Shown here one piece after another: positions 19,842 through 30,157 of a DNA stretch of 64,000 nucleotides (positions within the stretch are counted from its first letter, which is position 1; the number at the start of each line of letters is the position of its first letter). The DNA comes from a bacterium (GTDB lineage Bacteria > UBA8248). The stretch is from contig CBDATS010000002.1 in NCBI GenBank assembly GCA_965200245.1, positions 224,001 to 288,000 on the forward strand. Direction: 5' to 3'. Position numbers and translations under genes: made by a program. The notes under the pieces were generated by a model. The model saw only the letters and a list, made by a program, of their open reading frames with translations, made no database searches and was not told the origin of the DNA.

Positions 19842-20212
19842 CCTGGAGACACAAGTTGAAAGACGCCAGTGACGGCGATTATTGGGACGATGCTCGCAGG
19901 TATCAGGGAGATTGGGGTGTCACGATTTCCTGCCCCGGACGGCAACTGATCGTCCAGGGGAAACAGGCCTTTTACCAAAACGCGCGGGTGAGGGTGCCTG
20001 GCGGGCGTTTCTGGCGGCCCGTGGCGTCGAAACTGTCCGGCGCGAGCCAGTGGTCGTGTGCCTGGCGGACAGCAGATCATTCCTCCCGGGTGAGGGAAAA
20101 CCAGGCCGTATCGCGGCTGCGTCCCCTGACGATCACGGTTGATATCAATAAGGGAATTTATATGCGAAACTGCCCACTTTCGGGTTACTGTCAGTTCCGG
20201 TGTATGGGCTGA
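19838..20212 (+). CDS. hypothetical Trp-rich ORF coupled to NHLP stop (possible second core cassette)
   Basis: ATGA overlap with precursor stop; begins MTWRHKLKDASDG-DYWDDARRYQGDWGV. Confidence 0.3.
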   Translation: MTWRHKLKDASDGDYWDDARRYQGDWGVTISCPGRQLIVQGKQAFYQNARVRVPGGRFWRPVASKLSGASQWSCAWRTADHSSRVRENQAVSRLRPLTITVDINKGIYMRNCPLSGYCQFRCMG

Positions 20213-20820
20213 ATGGAAGAAGGCGGCGCATATACTGGTTCTGACAGTAATTCCGCCTGTGACGCAAAACAATACACCCGGAAAACGCAAAATCAGGATA
20301 CTCAGACCTGCGGATTAAGTAGATAATTCCCCGGAATTCTGATCCGAAAAATACCGGCAAATAATCGATAAATTACTTTAGATATTCATGATAACCATTT
20401 GATATTATTTGAATATTTATTTTATTTTACCATAAACATTTTATTGATTCATCGTATTTTCCAGAATTGTGAAATCAGCGCGCATTGATTCGATCCAGGC
20501 ATATTGAATCGCCTGAGCACCTGTTTTCGTCCCGACAGGCCTCCCGCCCTTTCCACAGGATCGGCGAGAAAATCCGTGCGTCAGATGCCGCGGCCTTGAC
20601 GTCAAATACGGGAAATTGCGTGCCGGGGGCAAAGGCCAATGCGCGGATCAGGACAAACAGCGACATGGAAACAGTGGCTTCCAGGTCCTCACGGTGTTCA
20701 GTGGTTCATACAGCCCACACTGGCAGGCAAGATGGAGCGCTGGCCCGTATCTTCAGAGTCTCGTCGGATGTGATCGGTACGTTCTGTTCCTGCAGAATCT
20801 TTTCCTGTCCCGAAAAAACC

Positions 20821-21606
20821 CTATCCTGCCGTATAGCCCCCGTCGGCGTAGAGGATGTGGCCGGTGTAGAAGTCAGACGCGCGCGATGCCAGGAACAGAA
20901 GCGACCCGGCCAGATCTTCGGGCTCGCCAAGCCGCCCCTTTGGTATCCGGCTCACGATACCCTCCCGCACCCGGACCGCCTCGGGAGCGTCGGTGAACAT
21001 CCAGTCGGTCAGGAGCGAGCGGAAGACGGTCGGCCCAATTGCGTTCACGGTGATGCCCGTCGGACCCAACTCGCAGGCAAGCGCCTTCGTGATGCCGTCG
21101 ACCGCGGCCTTCGAAGCGCAATAGGCGGTATAGCCCGCGGGGTGGCCGAGCAGCCCGCGCGTGGAGGAGGCGAGGATTATCCTTCCGCCATCACCCTGCG
21201 CCTTCATCTGGCGCGTCGCGGCACGGGCCAAAAGCCACGACTGTGTGACATTCGCATCCATCACCTCTGCGAACGTCTCAGGCGCCATCTCATCGATCAT
21301 ACCTACCCTGTTAATGCCCGACGCGACTACCAGAATGTCGAGACGGCCATGGGTCTCGACGGCTTTTTCCACCATGGCGTTGGCCACCGTCTCCGATTCA
21401 GGACGCGCATTCACCGTGGCGACTGCAGCCCCAAATTCACGGCACTCGCCCTCGACGGCGTCCAGCGCCTCCGCATTGCCTGCGGTCAGCGTGAGACGGC
21501 ATCCCGCCTCGGCCAGTGTCCGCGCGGCCACTGCGCCGAGTGCGCCCGACGCGCCGGCGACAAGCGCGGAGAGTCCGTTTACGTCGAATAGTTCAGATGT
21601 TTTCAT
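20821..21606 (-). CDS. SDR family oxidoreductase
   Basis: GASGALG, GRLDILV, YCASK, VNAIGP, IPKGRLGEPED, ADGG. Confidence 0.9.
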   Translation of the reverse strand: MKTSELFDVNGLSALVAGASGALGAVAARTLAEAGCRLTLTAGNAEALDAVEGECREFGAAVATVNARPESETVANAMVEKAVETHGRLDILVVASGINRVGMIDEMAPETFAEVMDANVTQSWLLARAATRQMKAQGDGGRIILASSTRGLLGHPAGYTAYCASKAAVDGITKALACELGPTGITVNAIGPTVFRSLLTDWMFTDAPEAVRVREGIVSRIPKGRLGEPEDLAGSLLFLASRASDFYTGHILYADGGYTAG

Positions 21607-22091
21607 GGCATATCACTCAAATGGAGGATCACAGCAGATGTCCTGAATGTCTGAGGAAAGGTTCCGTATGCCCCATGCTAGGTATCATTCGGTCGTCATG
21701 TCAAGAATGTCGTCAAACCCGACCGATGAGGGAAAGTCTGCCAGTGATTGAATATGGTATCGATCCCAACAGGACATAGCGACGGGTTTCGGTCTGCGAA
21801 ATGAACCTCGGGAGGGGTTTGTCCCTTTCATCCACTCAAGTGGTCGAGGGCAACGGCGTCGCCCCTGGCGAGCGGCGAGATGAGCTTCATGTCCGCAGCG
21901 GTTGGGGCAGCGTGTTCGCTGTCAGTTCATAGACTAGTGCGGTGAGATCGCGGAAGCGACCTGTGTGACCTTCCAAGAAACCTTGAAGAACCTGAAAACC
22001 CTACTGGCGAAGCATGCGGAAGAATGGCGAGCATTTTTATCTGCCCAAGGAAAACAAAGCTTCCTGAATAGTTGGATAGGGGGAGGACGTT

Positions 22092-23282
22092 ATGGTCGAA
22101 CTGAATGAATTGAGCGCACAGGAAATCGGCCGACGCCTTCGGCTGGCGCGCGAGAACGCGAACATACGACAAGATGATGCAGCCCGGTTCATTGGCATGT
22201 CACGCCCGACACTGGTCTCGATCGAAAAAGGGGCGCGCAGTGTGCGTATTCAGGAACTCCGAGTGTTGGCCCGCCGCTATGGCGTATCGGTGAACGCTCT
22301 CCTCCGCCGCGAGGCCGTTCATATCGATCTCGTGCCCCGTTTCCGGAGACTGCGGGAAACGGAGGGCAGGCATAAGGCGGAAGCCATTCAGCTTTTCAAT
22401 GACCTGATCAAGGCGGACGTCGAGTTGGAAAATGTACTCGGCATCGAACGGCGCCGGAACTATCCGCCGGACCGCGGCATCAATGAAGGCAACGTTCTGA
22501 CTTTGGCCGAGAAACACGCCCAAGAGTTGCGCGACTGGCTGGGCCTCGGTCCAGGGCCGGTTGCTGACATATTCTCGATCATGGAACTCGGCCTCGGGAT
22601 TCGTCTTTATCAGCGCCGCCTGTCATCCGAATCCAGGGTGGCAGGTATGTTCACTTACGATGATACCGTCGGCGCCTGCATTCTTCTAAACGCCAACCAT
22701 CCACTGCCTCGGCGTATCCAGTCGGCCGCGCACGAACTCGGCCACTTCTACTGTACCCGCAACACTCCGGAAATACTTGATGAGGACGAGAGGTTTTTGT
22801 CTCGCGACAAACGTTATGCCAACGCCTTTGGTCGCGCATTGCTGACGCCCGCCGAGAGCTTCAAAGAAAGCTTCCGGCAATTAAAAGAGAGCACTGGCAA
22901 AATTACCCGCCGGCTGATCATTCTGCTTTCCCGGCAATACGATATCTCCCGCCAGACGTGCGTACTTCGTCTGGAGGAACTTGGCATTGCGAGACAGGGG
23001 ACGTGGGATTGGTTTGAGAAGAACGGCGGCATTACGGAGACTCACGTGCGAGAGGTACTTGGCGAGATGGCCGATCGACCTGACCCAGCCAAGCTCGACG
23101 CCGACCGTCCGATTTCCCACCGGATGAGCCTGATTGTCCATGCCGCCTGGAAAAATGACCTCATGTCGGAAGGCCAACTGACGGAACTGTTCAAGATTGG
23201 TCGCGTCGAACTGCGGAATATAATTGACCAGATCGAGCTTGAGGATAGCGAGACGGATGACCTACTCAAGCTCCCTGACTGA
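22092..23282 (+). CDS. XRE-HTH + ImmA/IrrE family metallopeptidase
   Basis: N-terminal HTH (IGRRLRLARE..SRPTLVSIEKG), AHELGH zinc motif, ANAFG..LL.P. Confidence 0.9.
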   Translation: MVELNELSAQEIGRRLRLARENANIRQDDAARFIGMSRPTLVSIEKGARSVRIQELRVLARRYGVSVNALLRREAVHIDLVPRFRRLRETEGRHKAEAIQLFNDLIKADVELENVLGIERRRNYPPDRGINEGNVLTLAEKHAQELRDWLGLGPGPVADIFSIMELGLGIRLYQRRLSSESRVAGMFTYDDTVGACILLNANHPLPRRIQSAAHELGHFYCTRNTPEILDEDERFLSRDKRYANAFGRALLTPAESFKESFRQLKESTGKITRRLIILLSRQYDISRQTCVLRLEELGIARQGTWDWFEKNGGITETHVREVLGEMADRPDPAKLDADRPISHRMSLIVHAAWKNDLMSEGQLTELFKIGRVELRNIIDQIELEDSETDDLLKLPD

Positions 23283-23864
23283 TGAACTTGGTCCGTTGGT
23301 TCTCGATACGAGTGTCTTATCAACCTCTACGCCTGCAGCTATGGCGTGCGTATTCTGGCGGCTATTCCCAACGACATCATCGTTCCGCAGGTCGTAGCCA
23401 CGGAACTTGAACACGAAACAAGCCGCAAGAAGGGAGAACACGGTTTTTTGAACGACCTAATAGCCGGAGGAAAGGTGACGCTCGGCGAAATGTCTGACGA
23501 GGAGAATAAACTCTTCGTCAATTTCATCTCCGGCTCACCGTCCCTCGACGATGGCGAAGCCGCGACGATTGCGATTGGGGCCAAATGCCAATTCCTTCCG
23601 CTCCTGGATGATCGAAAGGGGCGAGCACAGGCCATCCATGTCCTGCGTGGCCGAGAACCGGGCTGGCCCATCGACCTGTTTCGCCATACTTCGATAATTC
23701 CTGCCTTGGGGAACACTATTGCGATTGAAGCTCTGTATCTGGCGCTTCTCAATGGAAGAATGCGCGTCCCCGTTGAAAGCACCGAGCACATCATTGAACT
23801 CCTCGGCCGCGAGCGGGCGAAAAACTGTACCTGCCTCCCGAATTACCGGAAACTCTTCGGGTAA
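23257..23864 (+). pseudogene. PIN-like domain protein, frameshifted near 5' end
   Basis: ATG 23257 gives ..LVLDTSV, then INLYACSYGVRIL..V..EL..LDDGEAATIA..LLDDRKG in another frame; 1-nt loss near 23315-23320. Confidence 0.7.
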
Positions 23865-24146
23865 TCCATGAACCGACATTCGATAGAGAAACAAGAAGAA
23901 CACCAGAAAGTTGATGGATCAGAATCAGGTACAGGCCCGGGTGAAGGTCTGTCTGTTCATTCCAAGCAGAGATTTCCGGGTTGTCACACAGATGGCGATT
24001 GCCTTGCTTTTGATTGAGTTCCCGGTCAGTGACTCGAATGACACCACCGTGGTCGTTGGCACAGGCGAAGGTCAGGTGAACGAGATAATATAAAGGCTAC
24101 GAAGAACTGATCGATTCCGGCAACTGTTCCCGTATGGAACCCGCCC

Positions 24147-25520
24147 CTACGAAAGCATGGCGGTGAGATGAGTCAGATCCTCCGCCGTATCGAGACGATA
24201 CCAAGCGTCCCAAGCGGCTTTGGCCTTCCCTGCCGGGAGGCCAGAGGCGCATTCCAGGAATTTCTCCCGGAGTTCCAGTTCCGTCAGGGGATTCTCGACG
24301 TGGCCTCGCGCGCGGGCGAAATGGCGGGTGAGATGGCGCCCGTCTTTAAGTTCGACCCAGACTTCAGCCGCCTCGGTTTCAGGGTCCTCGCGCGACATCT
24401 TCTCGTCCAACTCAAACGCCACACGCTTCTGGAGCGCGACTATCTCGGGCCGCTGCACACTTTCCTCCCTGAACTGGTGGATACCGACCTTCCGGTCCAC
24501 AAGTGCGGAAGCAATGCAGAACGGCATGGAGAATTTCCCCTCGAGACCCGTGGTCGCTTCCCTGTAACGCAGGACCTTGAGCGTCATGGTGGATGCCCGC
24601 GCGCCCAGGGCCGCCACGTCTTCCACGTTGACATCCTCGCTCGTCACCAGATCGAGCATGGCGTCGATGCCCGGATGCGTCATTGCGCAGCAGGGATGAA
24701 TCTTGACACAGACGCCCTCTTCAATGTCCCAGGGTGCACCCCAGGGAATGACCGCACTCTCCCAGTCCGCGAATTCATGGGCTTTCGGTCCGATTCCCTC
24801 CGCCGCCATGGCCGCCGTGAAACCCGTCTCCAGCGTATCTTCTGCCGCCGTGAAGCCGCCTTCCGCGAGTTTCGCCGCCACGAGGCCCGCTCTTGCGGAC
24901 TGGCCCGCATGAAAGGGTTTCGTCATCGTGCCGAAGTTCGACACCAGCCCCGCCGAGCCGCTGGCACCCAGGCTCAGGGCGTTCATCGCCTGCGTCTCGT
25001 CCAGCCCGAGCAGATACGCTCCTGCACCTGCCACACCGACCGAACCGAGTGTGGCCGTGGCGTGGAAGCCCCGGCGATAATGCCCGGGATTCACCGCACG
25101 GCCCAAGACATGCAACAGTTCGAAACCGATCGTGTAGGCTTCCAGCACTCTGGCACCCCCGATTCCCCTCTCCTCTGCCAGTGCGATGAGCGCAGGCACC
25201 AAGGTGACGCTCGGGTGCCCCAGCATCACGAAGTCCACATCGTCGTAATCAAGCGCGTGGCCCGCCGTTCCGTTCACGAAGGCGGCCCAGGAGGCACTCG
25301 TACGCTCATCGGTACCAATCAGGCGAGCAACAGGCGCACCGCCCTCGGAGACTGCAAGCCGATGCGCGAGCCTCGTGCATTCATCCTCCCGACCGGCCAG
25401 AATCACGCCCAGCGTGTCGAGCACGGCGTTTCTTGACTGCGCGCGGGCCTCCTCGCTGACGTCGGAAGCACGAGCCGCCACGATTCTTTTCGCCAGCTCT
25501 CTCGTGGCCGGATAGGTCAT
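24147..25520 (-). CDS. MmgE/PrpD family protein
   Basis: AAFVNGTAGHALDYDD..GHPS, GFHAT, GTMTKPFHAG, K.HPCC..TH, KFS.PF. Confidence 0.92.
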   Translation of the reverse strand: MTYPATRELAKRIVAARASDVSEEARAQSRNAVLDTLGVILAGREDECTRLAHRLAVSEGGAPVARLIGTDERTSASWAAFVNGTAGHALDYDDVDFVMLGHPSVTLVPALIALAEERGIGGARVLEAYTIGFELLHVLGRAVNPGHYRRGFHATATLGSVGVAGAGAYLLGLDETQAMNALSLGASGSAGLVSNFGTMTKPFHAGQSARAGLVAAKLAEGGFTAAEDTLETGFTAAMAAEGIGPKAHEFADWESAVIPWGAPWDIEEGVCVKIHPCCAMTHPGIDAMLDLVTSEDVNVEDVAALGARASTMTLKVLRYREATTGLEGKFSMPFCIASALVDRKVGIHQFREESVQRPEIVALQKRVAFELDEKMSREDPETEAAEVWVELKDGRHLTRHFARARGHVENPLTELELREKFLECASGLPAGKAKAAWDAWYRLDTAEDLTHLTAMLS

Positions 25521-25598
25521 GGAGGATTCTCCTCGCATACGGGTGAATATGGGCGGGATGGCTCCCGCAGTGCCGGGGGACCGACCTCGATTTTCAAG

Positions 25599-27233
25599 TC
25601 AAATGCCGCGCGGACGCTCGGCCGGTTCTTTCGCCCTGCGCCCCCTGCCCGCCGGTTTTTTCATGTTCTCGGTAAGCCTGAACTTGTTCACCGCGTTCAG
25701 GAAGGCCTTGGCACCCGCTTCCACGGTATCGGGACTCGTCGCGTGGCCCGCTATCTGCAAGTTGCCCTCGAACTCCACCATCATGTTCACTTCGGCGAGC
25801 GCGTCACGCCCATGCGTGACGGCGTTCACCGAGAAATCCGCCAGACGGCACTCAATCCCCACCACACGGCAGATGGCGTTGATGGCCGCATCCACAGGGC
25901 CGTTGCCCTGGCTCACGTCCGAGAATTCGTTTTCCCCCTGCCGGATGCGCACCGTGGCCGTGGAAGCAGGCTGCGTGCCCGTGGAGCAGGTAACCTGCAG
26001 GAATTCGAGGCTGTAGTAGTTTTCCCCACCCTCGGAGCGGTTTTGCTGCAACAGCGCTATCAAGTCCTCGTCGTAGACCTCTTTTTTCTTGTCTGCGAGA
26101 TCGATGAAACGCGGGTAGATGGCCGAAATATCCTCGCGCGACATCCTGAAGCCGAGTTGATAGTAGCGCTTCCTCAAACCCGCGCGGCCCGAGTGCTTGC
26201 CGAGCACGAGCGTGTTCGAGGGTCTGCCCACGGACTTGGGCGTCATGATCTCATACGTGATGGCCTTCGATATCACGCCGTGCTGGTGGATACCCGCCTC
26301 GTGTGCGAAGGCGTTCTTGCCGACCACCGCCTTGTTGGGCTGCACGGGCACGCCCGTCATGGAGGTGAGGAGCCTGCTCGTGGGATATATCTCGCGAGTC
26401 TTGACCCCCGATTTGTAGTTGAGTTCGTCGCGCCGCGTGGCGATGGCCATCACGAACTCTTCCAGTGAGGCGTTGCCAGCCCGTTCGCCGATACCGTTGA
26501 TGGTACATTCCACCTGCCGCACGCCGGATTCGATAGCCACAATGCTGTTCGCCACCGCGAGACCGAGGTCGTCGTGGCAGTGCGCGCTGAAAACCACATC
26601 GTCATAATTCGGCACTTTCTCGAAAATGTGCTCCCAGAAGCGCTTGAATTCGCTGGGGATGATGTAGCCCACCGTGTCGGGCAGGTTGATGGTGGTCGCC
26701 CCCTCCTCGATGGCGATTTTCACCGTCTCGACCAGGAAATCCCAGTCCGAGCGGGTAGCGTCCTCAGCACTCCATTCCACGTCCTTGCAGAGGTTTCGTG
26801 CGTGGCGAACCGAGGCGGCAATTTCCTTGAGAAGTGCCGTGCGCGTCATCTTGAGCTTGTGCTTCAGGTGAATGTCCGACGTGGCGATGAAGGTGTGGAT
26901 TCTGGGTTTTTTCGCGTGACGCACCGCCTCCCAGCAACGGTCGATATCCTCGCGCGCGGAGCGCGAAAGTCCGGCGACGACCGTCCTGGTTACAGCCTTG
27001 GCTACATCGCGCACCGATTCGAACTCATCGTTCGACGCGATGGGAAAACCTGCCTCGATGATGTCCACGCCCAGCTTTTCGAGTTGAAGCGCCATCTGTA
27101 CCTTCTGGAAATGATCCATGCTGCAGCCGGGCGACTGCTCTCCGTCCCTGAGCGTGGTGTCGAAAATACGGATTCTGTTCGAGGCCGCGCTTCTCGATGG
27201 TTTTTTTCGTACTGCCGTGGCTTTTCTCGCCAT
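25599..27233 (-). CDS. leuA: 2-isopropylmalate synthase
   Basis: FDTTLRDGEQSPG, IEAGFP, LPDTVGY, HCHDDLGLA, NGIGERAGN, HEAGIHQHG, LGKHSGR, GNGPVDA. Confidence 0.96.
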   Translation of the reverse strand: MARKATAVRKKPSRSAASNRIRIFDTTLRDGEQSPGCSMDHFQKVQMALQLEKLGVDIIEAGFPIASNDEFESVRDVAKAVTRTVVAGLSRSAREDIDRCWEAVRHAKKPRIHTFIATSDIHLKHKLKMTRTALLKEIAASVRHARNLCKDVEWSAEDATRSDWDFLVETVKIAIEEGATTINLPDTVGYIIPSEFKRFWEHIFEKVPNYDDVVFSAHCHDDLGLAVANSIVAIESGVRQVECTINGIGERAGNASLEEFVMAIATRRDELNYKSGVKTREIYPTSRLLTSMTGVPVQPNKAVVGKNAFAHEAGIHQHGVISKAITYEIMTPKSVGRPSNTLVLGKHSGRAGLRKRYYQLGFRMSREDISAIYPRFIDLADKKKEVYDEDLIALLQQNRSEGGENYYSLEFLQVTCSTGTQPASTATVRIRQGENEFSDVSQGNGPVDAAINAICRVVGIECRLADFSVNAVTHGRDALAEVNMMVEFEGNLQIAGHATSPDTVEAGAKAFLNAVNKFRLTENMKKPAGRGRRAKEPAERPRGI

Positions 27234-27616
27234 GGTTCAGGACTCCTCGGGAAATTTCATTTTTTCGTGAATGTGCGCCTTGAGCGGAACGCCAGAAATT
27301 GAGTTAACGGATCGGCGCCTGCACGCAAGGCGGGTGAGCGCGCTGGTTTCCTAAGAAACCAGTGGATGGCGGGGCGTCTTGAAAACGCCCCAGGACCTCC
27401 TGCGATCCTGATGACTCATCGAATCAAAACTCCATTTTGATCAATTGGTTGCGAGGCCGCGCTACGAAACGGACTGTCACACGGAAGTCCCCGCGAAAGC
27501 AATACCGATCTTATGGGTCATGCGTGTGCCGAGGTCAAGTCGCCTTTTTCGTTTTTTTCGATTTCCAGGATCAGCACCTGGAACGCCATGACTTTCGCAC
27601 ACATGAAACCTCACCC

Positions 27617-28411
27617 CTACTGCGCATACTGCCCACCGTCGACAACCAAGGTCGAGCCCGTCATAAAGCTCGAAGCGTCGCTCGCCAGAAAGAGAATCGC
27701 ACCCTTGAGCTCTTCGGGCCGGCCGATGCGCCCCATCGGGATGTGGGCCCTGACGAGCCTCTGGCCGGCTTCCGAGTCGAAGAACCTGCTGTTGATGTCG
27801 GTGAGAAAATACCCGGGCGCCAGTGCGTTCACACGCACACCCGTTTTCGCCCATTCGAGCGCGAGCGTCTTGGTTAACTGAATCAAACCACCCTTGCTCG
27901 CCGTGTAGGCCGAGAGCATCTTGACGCCGATGTACCCTGCGACCGAGGAGACGTTCACAATGGCCCCGTCTCCGCGCTCGACCATACCCGGCGCCACGGC
28001 CTGGCACATCAGGAACGCGCCGCGCAGGTTCGTTTCCAGCACCTGATTCCATCGTTCAAGCGGAAGATCCGTGGCCCAGCCCTCGCCGCTGACCCCGCTG
28101 TTGTTCACCAGAACGTCGATGCGCCCCAATGCGTTTTCCGCCTCGCGCGCCGCCTCGCGGACCGAATCGGGTTGCGTCAGGTCGCACGCGACGACACAGG
28201 CTGCACGACCCAGGGCACGAATCTCCTCCGCCGCCTCCTCAAGCTTGTCCTTTCGCCTCGCCGCCAAGGCGATATCCGCTCCCGCTTCGGCCAGCGCATG
28301 GGCCATCGCACGTCCGAGACCGGTGCCGCCACCCGTGATCAACACCTTTCTTCCGCTTAAATCAAATAGTTGTGACAATTCAATTTCACCTGACTGGAAC
28401 ATTTCCCACAA
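27617..28411 (-). CDS. SDR family oxidoreductase (FabG/glucose dehydrogenase-like)
   Basis: TGGGTGLG, VNNSG, YTASKGG, VNALAPGYF, VDGG. Confidence 0.9.
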   Translation of the reverse strand: MWEMFQSGEIELSQLFDLSGRKVLITGGGTGLGRAMAHALAEAGADIALAARRKDKLEEAAEEIRALGRAACVVACDLTQPDSVREAAREAENALGRIDVLVNNSGVSGEGWATDLPLERWNQVLETNLRGAFLMCQAVAPGMVERGDGAIVNVSSVAGYIGVKMLSAYTASKGGLIQLTKTLALEWAKTGVRVNALAPGYFLTDINSRFFDSEAGQRLVRAHIPMGRIGRPEELKGAILFLASDASSFMTGSTLVVDGGQYAQ

Positions 28412-28610
28412 ATTTCGTGGAAAAGTTGTGGGTAAGTCTGCCTAGAAAGCCTCTAAACCCCTTTTTTTCCTACAGCTACTACGGTTTGACACGAATTTGC
28501 GCAAATTTTTCAACCATAATATATTCAATAAGATACACCGTATTTTCGCCTTCCGGGGCCTTGTGCCTTTGTTCTAAACATTGTTTTTGCACAAGTTTCA
28601 TGGACAATAT
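28400..28610. other. AT-rich segment with DnaA-box-like 9-mers (candidate oriC or DnaA-bound site)
   Basis: TTTCCCACA 28402, rc TTTTCCACG 28416, rc TTACCCACA 28427, TTTTGCACA 28585; AT-rich tract 28500-28535. Confidence 0.35.
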
Positions 28611-28642
28611 CCCGAATCAGCGCCGAACCGACTGGAATTTTT

Positions 28643-29239
28643 TCATTTCGAAACATCATTGTCACCTGACTTCCCCGCCGGGTCCGCTTCATAGAAAAGC
28701 AAAATCGTATCACCGTAGCGCTTCTCGCGCACGAAACGTGCCCCGCACGTTTCGCTGTCCCGGTGCCCGCCCCCCCGGGGAGCCTCCATCACCAACTCCG
28801 CACATATCGGCTCGGGCGTGAAGACCGCCTTGAGAAGCGCCCTGCGCAAGTCCTGTTCTCGCCAAGGTGGATCGCCGAAGGCAAGATCGAACCTGAGCGC
28901 GGAATCCTTGCGCATGCGGCCCAGTTCGTCGATGATATCCGAGCAGCGCACCTCCAATCCTTCTGCCAAACCGAGTGCCCTGGCGTTTCGCCGTATCGCT
29001 GCACAAAGGCGCGGGTTTCTCTCCACCGCCACGACGCTTGCAGCCCCCCGGCTGAGCGCTTCCAGGGATATCGCGCCAGAGCCCGCGCACAAATCCAGAA
29101 CGCGCGCGCCGGGGACAGCGTCTCCCCAGATGCTGAACAGCGCCTCCCGCACCCTTTCGCCCGTAGGCCTTACGCCCGCCTCTTCCGGCGAGGCAATCCT
29201 CCTGCTCCTCGCCCGGCCGCCAATGATTCTGAGCGACAA
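28643..29239 (-). CDS. rsmD: 16S rRNA m2G966 methyltransferase RsmD
   Basis: LRIIGG, RPT..RVREALF, LDL.AGSGA..LEALSRGA, DPP, KRYGDT. Confidence 0.9.
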   Translation of the reverse strand: MSLRIIGGRARSRRIASPEEAGVRPTGERVREALFSIWGDAVPGARVLDLCAGSGAISLEALSRGAASVVAVERNPRLCAAIRRNARALGLAEGLEVRCSDIIDELGRMRKDSALRFDLAFGDPPWREQDLRRALLKAVFTPEPICAELVMEAPRGGGHRDSETCGARFVREKRYGDTILLFYEADPAGKSGDNDVSK

Positions 29240-29248
29240 GGCAAGTCC

Positions 29249-30157
29249 TCAGAGACGCTCGAAGCGGGCCAGTTCGCCAAAGGTCCGGTAGCGCGCGTCG
29301 ATTTCCTCGCGCGTGAGGGCACGCATACGATCGTAACTGAACGATTCCACGTTGAACGACGCCATGACGCTGCCGAAAACGACCGCCCGGCGCATCCCGG
29401 ACTCACTGAGGTCGCCCGTGGCGGCTAGATGGCCCATGAAGCCGCCGGCGAAGCTGTCACCGGCCCCCGTTGGGTCGCATACGTCCTCGATCGGAAGTCC
29501 GGGAGCGGAGAACACACTACCTTCATGAAAGAGCAGCGCGCCGTACTCACCCTGTTTCACCACGAGAGTCTTCGGACCGATTTCGCGGATGCGGCGCGCG
29601 GCACGCGCGATGTTCGCCTCTCCCGACAGGGCGCGGGCCTCTGCGTCGTTGATGACCACCAGATCCACCATCGAGAGCGTTTTGAGAAGTTCCCCGCGCT
29701 TGCCCTCTATCCAGAAGTTCATGGTGTCGCACGCCACGAGCCTGGGCGATTTCGTCTGGCCCAGGACATCGGCCTGAAGTTCGGGGTCGATATTCGCCAG
29801 AAAGACCAGATCGGTGCCCTGGAAACTATCCGGCAACCTGGGCGAGAAACTCTCGAAGACGTTCAACTGCGTGTCGAGCGTGTAGGCTGTGTTGAGATCA
29901 AACCCGTACTCCCCCTTCCAGCGGAAGGTCTCCCCTTCTCTCCGCTCGATGCCCGAGATATCGATTTTGCGCTCCTTCAGGAATTCAATCGTATCGGCGG
30001 GAAAATCCGACCCCACGACCGCGACAAGCCGCACATCCGTGAAATAGCTTGCCGCCACGGAGAAATAAGTGGCCGACCCTCCCACCGCCTCCTCGCGCTC
30101 GCCGAAGGGCGTCTTCACCGAATCAATCGCCATGGAACCGACTACCAGAAGACTCAT
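29249..30157 (-). CDS. PfkB family carbohydrate/nucleoside kinase
   Basis: VGS.A.DSV.TP, GGSATY, DPTGAGDSFAGG. Confidence 0.92.
   Translation of the reverse strand: MSLLVVGSMAIDSVKTPFGEREEAVGGSATYFSVAASYFTDVRLVAVVGSDFPADTIEFLKERKIDISGIERREGETFRWKGEYGFDLNTAYTLDTQLNVFESFSPRLPDSFQGTDLVFLANIDPELQADVLGQTKSPRLVACDTMNFWIEGKRGELLKTLSMVDLVVINDAEARALSGEANIARAARRIREIGPKTLVVKQGEYGALLFHEGSVFSAPGLPIEDVCDPTGAGDSFAGGFMGHLAATGDLSESGMRRAVVFGSVMASFNVESFSYDRMRALTREEIDARYRTFGELARFERL

Noticed and set aside
19838-20212. Diversity-generating retroelement template repeat for the NHLP core
   Set aside because: No AAC-rich template/variable repeat pair differing only at adenines, and no reverse transcriptase in the window
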